From Candidatus Multivoradales bacterium (lineage in GTDB: Bacteria; Acidobacteriota; Thermoanaerobaculia; Multivoradales; J023), in NCBI GenBank assembly GCA_965248925.1, contig CBDFLE010000005.1, positions 2,048,001 through 2,112,000 of the forward strand: a stretch of 64,000 nt of DNA, in the 5' to 3' direction. Positions within the stretch are counted from its first letter, which is position 1, and the number at the start of each line of letters is the position of its first letter. Positions 35,595 to 44,572 of the stretch are shown here, piece after piece. The position numbers and the translations under genes were made by a program. The notes below the pieces were generated by a model that did not search any database, was not told where the DNA came from, and was given only the letters and a program-made list of their open reading frames with translations.

Positions 35595-37588
35595 CCAGAT
35601 CGGCTGACCCAGCGCCAACCCTCCGGCAGTCGTACCTCTTGGTCTAGTCGGGCAGCTGAGATCTGCCGCCGAGTGGCACCGATGACTTGGCGCAGATCAG
35701 CACCGCGTAAGTCGGCGCCGCTGAAGTCCGCGCCTTCGAGATCCGCACCCTCCAGGTTGCAGCCACGCAGGTCGGCACCGCGTAGGTCGCAGCGGCGCAA
35801 GCGCACCCGGCGTAGACCAGCACCCTGCAAGTAGGCGCCCGCTAGATTGGCTACTTCCAGGTTGGCGTCGTCGAGGCTGCCAGCGCGCAGATCCGTGCCG
35901 CTCAGATCGCAGTTGAACAGCACCGCCCGACTCAGGTTGGCGCCGCGCAGACACGCGCCCGCCAACCGCGCACCACTAAGCTCTGTTCTAGACAGGTCAG
36001 CGCTACTCAAGTCTGCGTCTTCCAGGCGGCTGGCTCCCAATTCCGCACCGCTCAAACGAGTGCCAACCAGGCTGGCGCGGCGCAGATCGACACGCATCAT
36101 CACCGCCGAGCCCATCTCGGCGCCATCGAGCTTCGCCCCTACCAGATTGGCGGCGGTAAAGTCGGCCCGCAACGCCCGCGCGCCGCGCAGATCGGCGCCG
36201 CTCACTTCGGCCAGGTACAGCCGGGCGTCGGAGAGGTCGGCGCCAGCAAATGAGACATTCTCGAGCACCGCCCAGCTCAGCTCCGCGCCCCGCAAGTCCG
36301 CGTTCTTCATATCGGCGTCCACCGCGACCGCCCCCACCAGGTGAGCGGCTCGCAGGTCAGCACCGCCGAACGCCACTCGTTCGAGCTTGGCTCCGGTCAG
36401 CCGAATAGCGCGCAGATCAGCACCACGGAACAGCGCTCCACTAAGCTCCTTGGCCGACAGATCGAGGCCACGTAGATCGGCGGCGCTGAAGTCTCCGCCA
36501 GCCAGGTGGGCGGCGCCGAGATTCTGCACCTGGCGTAGATCGACCTCGCGCAAATCGGCCCCAACGAGTTCAGCGGCGGCCAGGTCAGCGCCGGCCAGGT
36601 CGGCGGCGCCATCGCAGTCGGCACAGTCAACTCGACACTCGGGGGCACGGTCACACTCAAGGGGGCCGAGGGAGGCACCGGCCAGGCATACGCCCCGAAG
36701 GTCGGCGTAGCGAAGGTCGGCGGCGCTCAGCTTGGCTTGCCACAGATTGGCACCCGCCAAGAGTGCGTGGCGCAGGCTGGCGCGCTCGAGGTTGGCCCCC
36801 GCTAGCTCGCTATTGCGCAGATGCGCCTGGTCCATGCGGGCGGCGGTGAGGCTCACCCCCGGCAGATGGGCCTCGGCAAGACTGACATGGCGCAGGTCGC
36901 ACGCTGCCAGAATCGTGGCCTCACCAGCTACTTCGTCAAGATCGGCCCGGCATAGATCAGCCCTGGTGAAGTCTGTTCCAGCGAGCTTGGCACCGTGAAG
37001 ATTGGCTCGCTCGAGCCTCCCATCGCGAAATACGGCATCCCGCAGCTGCGCATCGGCGAGTTGAGCTTCTTCCAGCACCGCCGCATCGAGCCGAGCCGCG
37101 GTTAGATCGGCCCGCACCAAGCTGGCACGGCTCAGGTCGGCCTCCTCTAGCCGTGCCGAGCGCAGCTCCGCGCGATCAAGGCTAGCCTCGCCAAGCCGCG
37201 CCTGGCGCAAGTCGGCACCATTGAGTTTGGCTTGGCGCAAATCAACCTGACGCAGGTCGGCACCGCGCAGCTGCGCATCGGTGAAATCAGTTTCGCGCAG
37301 CCGCGCTTGGCGCAGGCCGACGCCAGCGAGCTGTGCTTGCTGGCCTTGAGCGCCCGTCAGGTCAGAACCGCTCAACCGCGCCTGGCGCAAGTTGGCGTCA
37401 GACAGCCTCGCGCCTCGTAGATCGGCGCGGTAGAGGTCGACCTCGCGACCATCGAAGTCTTCGAAATCGATGCCGACTAACGAGGCATGGCGCTGCGCCC
37501 GCTGCTCAAGGTCCGGCCGGTCAAGTCTTAGAAACGTGGGTTCGCTATCGTCGGATTCGACAGCAGTCGTGCTGGGGGTCGTGCTCAT
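35591..37588 (-). CDS. Long pentapeptide-repeat protein
   Basis: 665 aa made almost entirely of A(D/N/R)LxG/x repeats. Confidence 0.93.
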   Translation of the reverse strand: MSTTPSTTAVESDDSEPTFLRLDRPDLEQRAQRHASLVGIDFEDFDGREVDLYRADLRGARLSDANLRQARLSGSDLTGAQGQQAQLAGVGLRQARLRETDFTDAQLRGADLRQVDLRQAKLNGADLRQARLGEASLDRAELRSARLEEADLSRASLVRADLTAARLDAAVLEEAQLADAQLRDAVFRDGRLERANLHGAKLAGTDFTRADLCRADLDEVAGEATILAACDLRHVSLAEAHLPGVSLTAARMDQAHLRNSELAGANLERASLRHALLAGANLWQAKLSAADLRYADLRGVCLAGASLGPLECDRAPECRVDCADCDGAADLAGADLAAAELVGADLREVDLRQVQNLGAAHLAGGDFSAADLRGLDLSAKELSGALFRGADLRAIRLTGAKLERVAFGGADLRAAHLVGAVAVDADMKNADLRGAELSWAVLENVSFAGADLSDARLYLAEVSGADLRGARALRADFTAANLVGAKLDGAEMGSAVMMRVDLRRASLVGTRLSGAELGASRLEDADLSSADLSRTELSGARLAGACLRGANLSRAVLFNCDLSGTDLRAGSLDDANLEVANLAGAYLQGAGLRRVRLRRCDLRGADLRGCNLEGADLEGADFSGADLRGADLRQVIGATRRQISAARLDQEVRLPEGWRWVSRSG

Positions 37589-37603
37589 CAGCGACCGCCG
37601 CGA

Positions 37604-38293
37604 TCAAGGCTCGCGTACCTTCGCCCCGTTTTGCTGCACCACATGGGTGAGTTCGTGGGCCAGCAACTGCTGGCCACTGGCAGAACCGGGACGATACTCG
37701 CCCTGGCGAAAGAAGATGTCCTGACCGGTGGTGAAGGCTCGCGCTTCGAGCGAGCGGTTGAGCTGATCGGCCTTGCCATCGGCATGGACCTTGACGCCGC
37801 TGAAGTCGGCGCCGAAGGCTGACTCCATCGAGGAACGCAGGGGAACATCGAGCGCCCGGCCGCCGCTACGCTGGCTGTCGATCGAGGATTCGAGGCTACT
37901 GTCGATGGCTCCGCCTGCTTGCAAGGAGGAGGCACGTTGCAAATACTTCGGCTGGGCGGTGGCGGCCGGGGCGTCGCTAATCTCCGCCTCTTCGACCGCC
38001 GGCGCAGCCAGGCTGGTCATCACTTGCTGCGCCACCTGATCGGCTTCGCGCTCGTAGGCGTCGGCGGCCGGGCCAAGGGTTAGCTTGGGCTGGATGGTGC
38101 CCCTGTCGACCCGCAGCCGGTGGCCGAGCACCTTGGCGCGGGCCAACTGCAGATCGATGTCCGCCGCCGTCCGCTCCGCCAGCGGCCGCGGTGCCAGCGG
38201 CCGCGGTGCCACCCGAGTCGGGCCGGACGGAGCCAGCGTGGACTGATCCTTGCTGCCTGTGACTCGATTTTGCCCTAGTCGATCTGTTCGCAT
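37604..38293 (-). CDS. DUF4157 (eCIS core domain) protein
   Basis: IQPKLTLG..DAYEREADQVA, MESAFGADFSGVKVH, ARAFTTGQDIFF, LLAHELTHVVQQ (HExxH); start reassigned to ATG 38293 with GAGGA RBS. Confidence 0.93.
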   Translation of the reverse strand: MRTDRLGQNRVTGSKDQSTLAPSGPTRVAPRPLAPRPLAERTAADIDLQLARAKVLGHRLRVDRGTIQPKLTLGPAADAYEREADQVAQQVMTSLAAPAVEEAEISDAPAATAQPKYLQRASSLQAGGAIDSSLESSIDSQRSGGRALDVPLRSSMESAFGADFSGVKVHADGKADQLNRSLEARAFTTGQDIFFRQGEYRPGSASGQQLLAHELTHVVQQNGAKVREP

Positions 38294-38405
38294 GTGAATC
38301 CTCGGAGCCATCTTACCGCATCTTTGGGAGCCTACCGGGCCGCTCGCCAACCGGCGCCTGATATCCTGAGCGCGGCGCCCCCACCACCGACCGCAGGAGA
38401 CAGCG

Positions 38406-38792
38406 ATGGGTAGTCCAGCAGCCCGCCTGGGCGATATGGTTTTGCAGGATGCTCCGCATTGCCATGCGCCGATCCACCCCCCGGCCCTGGTTCCCACCGC
38501 GGTGCCGCATCCGGCGTTACCACTAGCGATCATCAAGGGCGCGCCCACGGTCATGATCGGTGGCCAACCAGCCGCCCGCGTGACCGATCAAACCGCCCCC
38601 TGCGTGCTGCCCAGCTGCGTGCCCAACGGGCCGGGAATGATCGCCAAAGGCTCGGCAACGGTGATGATCGGCGGCCTGCCGGCGGCGCGGATCAACGATA
38701 TGACCGCTCACGCTACTTGTGTCGCGCCCATCCCCAGCCCCACCGGCAAGATTCTGCCCCCCGGCTGTCCGACGGTGATGATCGGCGGCTAG
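38406..38792 (+). CDS. PAAR-repeat spike tip protein
   Basis: Three PAAR motifs (SPAARLGD, QPAARVTD, LPAARIND) with TVMIGG repeats and His/Cys ligands. Confidence 0.95.
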   Translation: MGSPAARLGDMVLQDAPHCHAPIHPPALVPTAVPHPALPLAIIKGAPTVMIGGQPAARVTDQTAPCVLPSCVPNGPGMIAKGSATVMIGGLPAARINDMTAHATCVAPIPSPTGKILPPGCPTVMIGG

Positions 38793-38801
38793 GAGCCGGT
38801 C

Positions 38802-41800
38802 TCACCAAGTGCCCAGGCTGACCTCGACGGGGAAATCAGCCGGTTGCAGAGTCTCGGGCAACGGCACCCTGACCGCTTGTCCGTCGCTGCCCAGCAGCCG
38901 CACGCGGATGAACACCCGCGCCTCGCGATCCGGCCGTGGCGGCGGCGGGGTCGGGGGTGGCGACGGTTTATTCCACGGCCAGTGCCACTGTCTCTTGGCG
39001 ACCGTCTGGGTCGACGGCTCGGCGCCCACCTTGATCGTCGGGATGAACAGCTCCAGGATGTCCGGGCAGATACCCGGAGTCGGCGATTGGTGACTGCCTA
39101 GCAGGGTGAGCAAAGCCCAGTTGTTCTGGTAGTCAAAGGTCACCGTCTTGCCGACCACCGGCGGCCCGCCGGGCTGATCGTAGGGCTCGCGCGGGGCGTC
39201 CTGGGCCCAGCCGAGCAGCAGCTTGACCGGCTGTCCCTGGACCCATTCCGTCGGCACTTCCTGGCTGCCGTCCGGCACTTTCTGGCCATTCACTTCGACC
39301 GCCCAGCGAATAATCTGGTTGGCGTCGACTTCGCGTTGCTGCCGCTGCATGCGGTAGTCGACCTCCAGCGGGAAGGAAAGCGCCGATTGCGGACCTTTGA
39401 CCAAGGCCAGCAGATAGGGGTCGAAGAAATCTCGCAACGTCGCCAACGAGGCCATGAAATCGCACAACCCGAGTAAGCCCTTGGCTCCCCGCAGCGGCTT
39501 GGCGGCGGTGCTCAGACAGGAGCACAACCGCGCCAAGGAAACTTCCGCCGAAGCCGCCGTGGCCGTGCTCGAGACAGCGGTGCCCAACGAGCCCCCACAG
39601 GCCGCGGCTGGCGCGGCGCTGTTGAGACAATCACTGAGTTTCTTGAAATCAAAACCGCGCTGCGGCTGGCTGGCGGCCCGCCGGAGGAAACTGTCGACCG
39701 CGGCGCGGTGATCGTCGTAGATCTTCAAGAAACTGACCACGTCTTTGCGACTGGCCTGACTCTGACCGGTCTTGAAGTCGGCGGTGAAGGGATACTTGCC
39801 CTCCAGCCCGCCGCTGAAGGCTTGGCGAATGCTGGCATAGGAGCTGCGGGCCAGCTCCACGCCGAGCCGCGAACAGCGCTGTTCGAGGGCATCGGTGAGA
39901 TCGCCGCCACGACTCAAGAAGTAGTCGCAGGGTAGGTTTCGCAAGCTGACTGGCGTTGCCAGCGAGAAGCACTTCCGTGGCTCGAGCGCCGCGAGGCAGC
40001 TCGAACCATCGACCGTCATCATTGTCTGAGTCACCAGCTCGCGCAGGCTGGCGGCCGCGCTATTGGGCTTGTCGTTGGCCAGGTCTTGAAGATCGCTTTG
40101 GATGAGCTGGAAGCGGCGTTGGTTCTGATCGTGGTTGAAGCAATTCGACGAACTCTTCGCGCCGAGCAGCGCTTGCGTGTAAGTCTCGTCGAGCTTCTGC
40201 ACCAGGGCCAACCAGGTGGTGAAGTTGCTCGCCGCGGCGTCGGTATCGGCGAAGGAAAAGAGCGTCCGCGCCGGTCCGGTCGAGCCGTCCCAGCTGGCCA
40301 GTAGGCCGGCGTCGACCCGGTAGGGATAGTAGGCGTCGAGCATCCGCTTCATCATCTGGAAGATATATTCGCGCTGATATTCGACGACCTTCTTCAGCTG
40401 ACACCAGGCACTTTCCGGTTGCCAAAGACAATTCTTGCAGGTCACCGGGTCGGGCAGGGTCTCTTGTAGCCGGACTTGAAGCAACACCAGATCATCGCTG
40501 TTGGCCAGGAAGGCGGTGGCGATGCGTTCGAGATGGTCTGCCAGTTGGTCGTTGCTGTCCAGGGCGGGCTGGCGCAGAATCTCCTGCCCAAACTCGAGAA
40601 TGCTCAACACGTAGTTGGCGAGCTCGGTCAGCGCGGTTTGCGAGTGCATCACCTCTACCCCTTGAGGATCGTCGTCGAGAGCTTTGATCGAGCTGTCGTA
40701 CTCGCTGAAGGCACCCACCGCTCGCCGCAGACTGTCCGCGCGCCAACTCAGGTATTCGTCATCGCCGGCTAGCAGCAGCCGACCTCCGCCCTGCTTACCG
40801 CTGAACGGCTGGCTGAGGAATTCTTGCAAACTGCGACGAAGCTGCTGCAGGGGGGCAGAGAGCACGAAACGGCCACTGTCCGGCGACCGCTCGAGCAGCG
40901 GACCGATGTCCGATCGCGGCGCCACTAACGCGGATTGGAGAGTGGTAAACCCCTCGTTGCCAAGGGTCGCTAGTTCTCGCCGCATGTCGACACCGAGGAA
41001 ACGTGACTTGCCCATAGCTCGCCACCAACGGTCGTATTGCAACCCCAGATCGAGGCTCTTGCCATGCACCCAATTAAGCCCGACATCCTCCAAAGACAGG
41101 TCGACCGTTTCGATCCAGAACAGGAGTCTGGCCGCTGCATTGGCCAACGCCTCGGGATCGATTTGGGCCCCGGATCCCGCCGCGCCAGAGCCGCCGACGG
41201 CGCCTAAGAAACCCGCGCCCGAAAGACCACCGGCACCACCGTCCAGGCTGCTGGCAAGAATCCCACTGCCCGCGTCCGCAGCGGTCCAAGCAACGGCGGA
41301 TCCAGAGGGCGCCGCGATAGTTACCTGATTAATTTCTTTATCTAACTTATCCAAGGCGAGCACCAGCGCGTTGTGTTCAAACAAGGTGTCGAACATCCAG
41401 CGGCTGAGCTGCCGGGTCTTGGCTTGCAGCTTCGGGGCGTATTCCTCGACCTGGTATTCATCCACCTTGACCTGCCGCAGAACTCGCCGAACAAACTGCT
41501 GGGTGATCGCATTGGGCGGTTCGAAACGCTCGCCGTAGAGATCCTGTTCCAATCGGTAGATACCTCCCGGTGAACCGCACAGGAGACCTTGGGGGACAAA
41601 GCAATCATAGATCCGCAAGCTATTTTCGACCCGGCCAAGTTTGGCGCTCAGCTGCTCGAGCAGAGTGAACTCAGGTACTGTCTCGACTCCCAGCACCGGT
41701 ACTTGGGGCGACAATTGCCGGGTCGGTTTGGTGGCCAGCTGGTCGAGGCCGTTGCCCAGCGCTCGCCGTGCTGCCGGGAAAGTATTCTTGCTGTACAGCT

Positions 41801-43319
41801 GGGCAAAGCTGCGGCGTAACTCACGATCCGCCGGCCAAGGCACGGGGGGGAAACCCAGGGAGTAGGCGCTGATTTTCTGCCGCGACTCGCGCAGCTGGTG
41901 GGCAATCTCATCGCTGTTCAACAAGCCCCCGCCAAGGCCGATTTCGATCGGGTCGAGCAGACCAGCTAGCACTTTGGCGCGAGCCGGGATCTGTTGGGTC
42001 ACGTTCCACAGCAGCCACGACAAGGACAAGAGAGTCACCACCAGCAGAGAACGCAGCACCGTCACTAGGCGGCGGCGGCGACGAAGTGCCCGAGCGGTCG
42101 GCCGCGCCAGATTCCACTCATAGAGAATCTTGGCTCTAAACAAATCGTGCAGAAAGTCGACCCGCCGGTGGTCCTCGCCGGCCGTCTTCAGCCGCGGCGG
42201 CGCGGAGGTCTCATCGGGCGACTCGCTGCTCGATGGGGTCGGGAAACCGCGACCGCCGCAGAAGTACACCCCGCGCAGCACCGCCGGCTCTTCGGCGGAG
42301 CCGCCAGCAAAAATCTGGTTGAGGACGATGGCGAGAGGCTCTTGCAGCCGGCACAAGGCCGCTGGAAAGGCGGTCAGGCGGCGCTCGCCAGCAGTCGAGC
42401 GGCGCTCAGTAAGGGCGCGAAGTTGGGCCAGACAGAGCGCCCGCTGGGTGCTGCTGAAGACCCTGTCGACCCAGCTTGGCGAATAGGGTTTGTCGAATGC
42501 GCCCGGCGCCGACCAACCGAAGGTCTCGCGGCGCAGCTCGGGATCGAGCAACTCGACAAAGTCGCCATAGCCCTCAACCAGGTCGCATTGGCTCACCAGC
42601 ACGAACACTGGCAAACGTAGCCCCAAGGTCGCTTGGGCGTCGAGCAACTTGCGCCGTAGCACGCTGGCCCGCGCCGCGAGATTCTCCTGCGCCCAGGTGT
42701 CATCTGCCGCCACGCCGAGAAACTCGCGCGCCGAAAGAACTAACAGGATGCCATCGGCGGGATGCTCGGTGCGGTAGCGCTTGAGCAGTTGGAGAAAACC
42801 ACGCCAAGCTAGCTGGCTCGACTCAGTGCCCTCGGCGCGAAGCGTCAAGTCGCCGGCCAGATCGGCGGCGACGGCGCGGTCGAACAACCACCAATTGCAG
42901 CCCGATGGGGCCGTGTCGGGGATCTCGCCAGGCTCTCCCAGGGGCAGCACTAGGCCGCTCTGGCCAAGCAAGGTGGTCTTGCCTGAAGCCGTTGGCCCGA
43001 GGGTCAGCAGCCAGGGGGTGCGATAGCTCGATCGGGCGCCGGGCAGCATCTGCCGCAGCAGCTTGCGCACCTGCTTGAACGAACGCCGCAGAGGCGCGCT
43101 CTTGGTGCCCGAACGCCAATCGACCACCGTAGCGCTAGCGTCCTCTTGCAGCTCCTCCCAGCGCGACGAGGCATCGCCGGGGACCGCCCGCGCCACCCGG
43201 TTGGCACGGGCCAAGCGTCGACCGACTTCCAACGCCAGCAGCAGGAATGCGATCGCCAACCCACCGAGCAAGAATGGCAACATGCCCGCTGCATCGATCG
43301 TAGGTTCGAGATCGTTCAT
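38802..43319 (-). CDS. tssM: T6SS membrane complex TssM/IcmF-like protein
   Basis: N-terminal TM; PWLLTLGPTASGKTTLL (Walker A), CNWWLFDRAV, LPVFVLVSQCDLVEGY, LRGVYFCG, second TM, long periplasmic part ending YQNNWALLTLL. Confidence 0.88.
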   Translation of the reverse strand: MNDLEPTIDAAGMLPFLLGGLAIAFLLLALEVGRRLARANRVARAVPGDASSRWEELQEDASATVVDWRSGTKSAPLRRSFKQVRKLLRQMLPGARSSYRTPWLLTLGPTASGKTTLLGQSGLVLPLGEPGEIPDTAPSGCNWWLFDRAVAADLAGDLTLRAEGTESSQLAWRGFLQLLKRYRTEHPADGILLVLSAREFLGVAADDTWAQENLAARASVLRRKLLDAQATLGLRLPVFVLVSQCDLVEGYGDFVELLDPELRRETFGWSAPGAFDKPYSPSWVDRVFSSTQRALCLAQLRALTERRSTAGERRLTAFPAALCRLQEPLAIVLNQIFAGGSAEEPAVLRGVYFCGGRGFPTPSSSESPDETSAPPRLKTAGEDHRRVDFLHDLFRAKILYEWNLARPTARALRRRRRLVTVLRSLLVVTLLSLSWLLWNVTQQIPARAKVLAGLLDPIEIGLGGGLLNSDEIAHQLRESRQKISAYSLGFPPVPWPADRELRRSFAQLYSKNTFPAARRALGNGLDQLATKPTRQLSPQVPVLGVETVPEFTLLEQLSAKLGRVENSLRIYDCFVPQGLLCGSPGGIYRLEQDLYGERFEPPNAITQQFVRRVLRQVKVDEYQVEEYAPKLQAKTRQLSRWMFDTLFEHNALVLALDKLDKEINQVTIAAPSGSAVAWTAADAGSGILASSLDGGAGGLSGAGFLGAVGGSGAAGSGAQIDPEALANAAARLLFWIETVDLSLEDVGLNWVHGKSLDLGLQYDRWWRAMGKSRFLGVDMRRELATLGNEGFTTLQSALVAPRSDIGPLLERSPDSGRFVLSAPLQQLRRSLQEFLSQPFSGKQGGGRLLLAGDDEYLSWRADSLRRAVGAFSEYDSSIKALDDDPQGVEVMHSQTALTELANYVLSILEFGQEILRQPALDSNDQLADHLERIATAFLANSDDLVLLQVRLQETLPDPVTCKNCLWQPESAWCQLKKVVEYQREYIFQMMKRMLDAYYPYRVDAGLLASWDGSTGPARTLFSFADTDAAASNFTTWLALVQKLDETYTQALLGAKSSSNCFNHDQNQRRFQLIQSDLQDLANDKPNSAAASLRELVTQTMMTVDGSSCLAALEPRKCFSLATPVSLRNLPCDYFLSRGGDLTDALEQRCSRLGVELARSSYASIRQAFSGGLEGKYPFTADFKTGQSQASRKDVVSFLKIYDDHRAAVDSFLRRAASQPQRGFDFKKLSDCLNSAAPAAACGGSLGTAVSSTATAASAEVSLARLCSCLSTAAKPLRGAKGLLGLCDFMASLATLRDFFDPYLLALVKGPQSALSFPLEVDYRMQRQQREVDANQIIRWAVEVNGQKVPDGSQEVPTEWVQGQPVKLLLGWAQDAPREPYDQPGGPPVVGKTVTFDYQNNWALLTLLGSHQSPTPGICPDILELFIPTIKVGAEPSTQTVAKRQWHWPWNKPSPPPTPPPPRPDREARVFIRVRLLGSDGQAVRVPLPETLQPADFPVEVSLGTW

Positions 43320-44032
43320 CCGGTGTAGTGCTCCCGAATCGCGGCGATGGCTTCAAAGACGTCAGAGATACCGCCCCACCACAGCGGCAAAGTGGTCATC
43401 AGCAGCAAAAACAGCGCAACCCCAAGCGCGATCCACCAGGGACGGGCATTGGCGATCGACTGCGCCCGGCCGCGCAGCTGCTGACGCCGATAGGCAGCCG
43501 GAAAGAGATGCTCAGGCTCAGCCTGGAGCTGCGGAAACTGAGCGCTCAACACCAGCAGCAAACGCGACGCCGAATCCTCCTCCGCTTCTACTCCGCTGAC
43601 CAACGCTAGCAAGTAGAGCTGCACCAGATCGGCACTCGGCTGGTCTTCTTCGAGCAACTCGTCGATCTGCGCGGCGAACTCCGCGGCGACGCCATCGGCC
43701 GGCGGATAGGATTCGCGCAGCGGCGGCCAAACGCTGTCACCGTCCCACGGCAGCGGATCGAGAACCGCATCGACGGTGCGGGCCATGAGGTGTTGCGCCT
43801 GCTGGAAGAGGACCGTCTCGGGATCGTAGCCGGCTGGCCGCGCATCGATTTTCTGCCGTGCCAGCGCCGCTTCCAACTCGTCTTTCACCGCCGCCGGCAG
43901 GGTGCGCTGCGGGTCCTCGCCACGAGTGATCGCCGCCCTCTCGGCAGCCAGACGCCGCTCGGTTTCGAGACTGAGATCGAGCAGGCGGCGAAAGGCAAGC
44001 TGGAGAAATGAGTCGGCTGCCGGCGGCTTCAT
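43316..44032 (-). CDS. tssL: TssL/DotU-like inner membrane protein (divergent)
   Basis: AQHLMARTVDAVL..LPW, LVQLYLLALVSG, LFPAAY, single C-terminal TM; ATGA-coupled to tssM; ATG 44032 with GGAG RBS. Confidence 0.7.
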   Translation of the reverse strand: MKPPAADSFLQLAFRRLLDLSLETERRLAAERAAITRGEDPQRTLPAAVKDELEAALARQKIDARPAGYDPETVLFQQAQHLMARTVDAVLDPLPWDGDSVWPPLRESYPPADGVAAEFAAQIDELLEEDQPSADLVQLYLLALVSGVEAEEDSASRLLLVLSAQFPQLQAEPEHLFPAAYRRQQLRGRAQSIANARPWWIALGVALFLLLMTTLPLWWGGISDVFEAIAAIREHYTG

Positions 44033-44092
44033 CCCCAATACTCCGAATGTCCGGCCCGGACTTGAAGACTTCGCACGAGTTTCAACAAACTC

Positions 44093-44572
44093 CTAACGCA
44101 GCACGGTAGTAAATTTTGCTTCGCCGAGTTGCAGCAGCAAGCTGCGATTCGGTGCGAAGCGGCGGCGATGGTCCCCTTCAGCCTCGTAGGCAGCGAAGAG
44201 AAAAGCCGCAACGGCACCGCGGCGATAGCCGAAACGCTGCTCTGGCACCGCCTGACCCGGAGTCCACTCCCAGCTCTTGAAGGTCAGCAGCTGGGAATCC
44301 TCGCTCAACTGTGCCCGCTTGCTGAACCACTGCACCGAGGTGTAGCCGCTCAACGATTTGTCGAGATCCTCGTCATAGACGATCACTAGGTCGACCGCCA
44401 CCGGCGCGTCGCCATTGAGCTGATCGTCGACCTCCACGCCGAGGAAGCTATAGCCACCGAGGATCTGACCACCCCCCAGGGGCAAGGCGCCCTTGACTAA
44501 GCTACAGCCGGCCAGCAGCGAGCCCAGCAGCACCAGTCCGGCTGCCAGACTTGGTCGCGCGAACCCGCTCAT
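44093..44572 (-). CDS. tssJ: TssJ/SciN-like outer membrane lipoprotein
   Basis: Lipobox LLAGC; QLNGDAPVAVDLVIVYD, WEWTPGQ, FLFAAY...GDHR; upstream of tssL-tssM. Confidence 0.75.
   Translation of the reverse strand: MSGFARPSLAAGLVLLGSLLAGCSLVKGALPLGGGQILGGYSFLGVEVDDQLNGDAPVAVDLVIVYDEDLDKSLSGYTSVQWFSKRAQLSEDSQLLTFKSWEWTPGQAVPEQRFGYRRGAVAAFLFAAYEAEGDHRRRFAPNRSLLLQLGEAKFTTVLR

Noticed and set aside
37560-37606. Selenocysteine recoding of the TGA after DUF4157
   Set aside because: The position is in a linker rather than a catalytic Cys site, and the hairpin lacks a recognisable bacterial SECIS
38294-38554. N-terminal extension of the DUF4157 ORF
   Set aside because: Overlaps the PAAR gene on the opposite strand; ATG 38293 has an RBS
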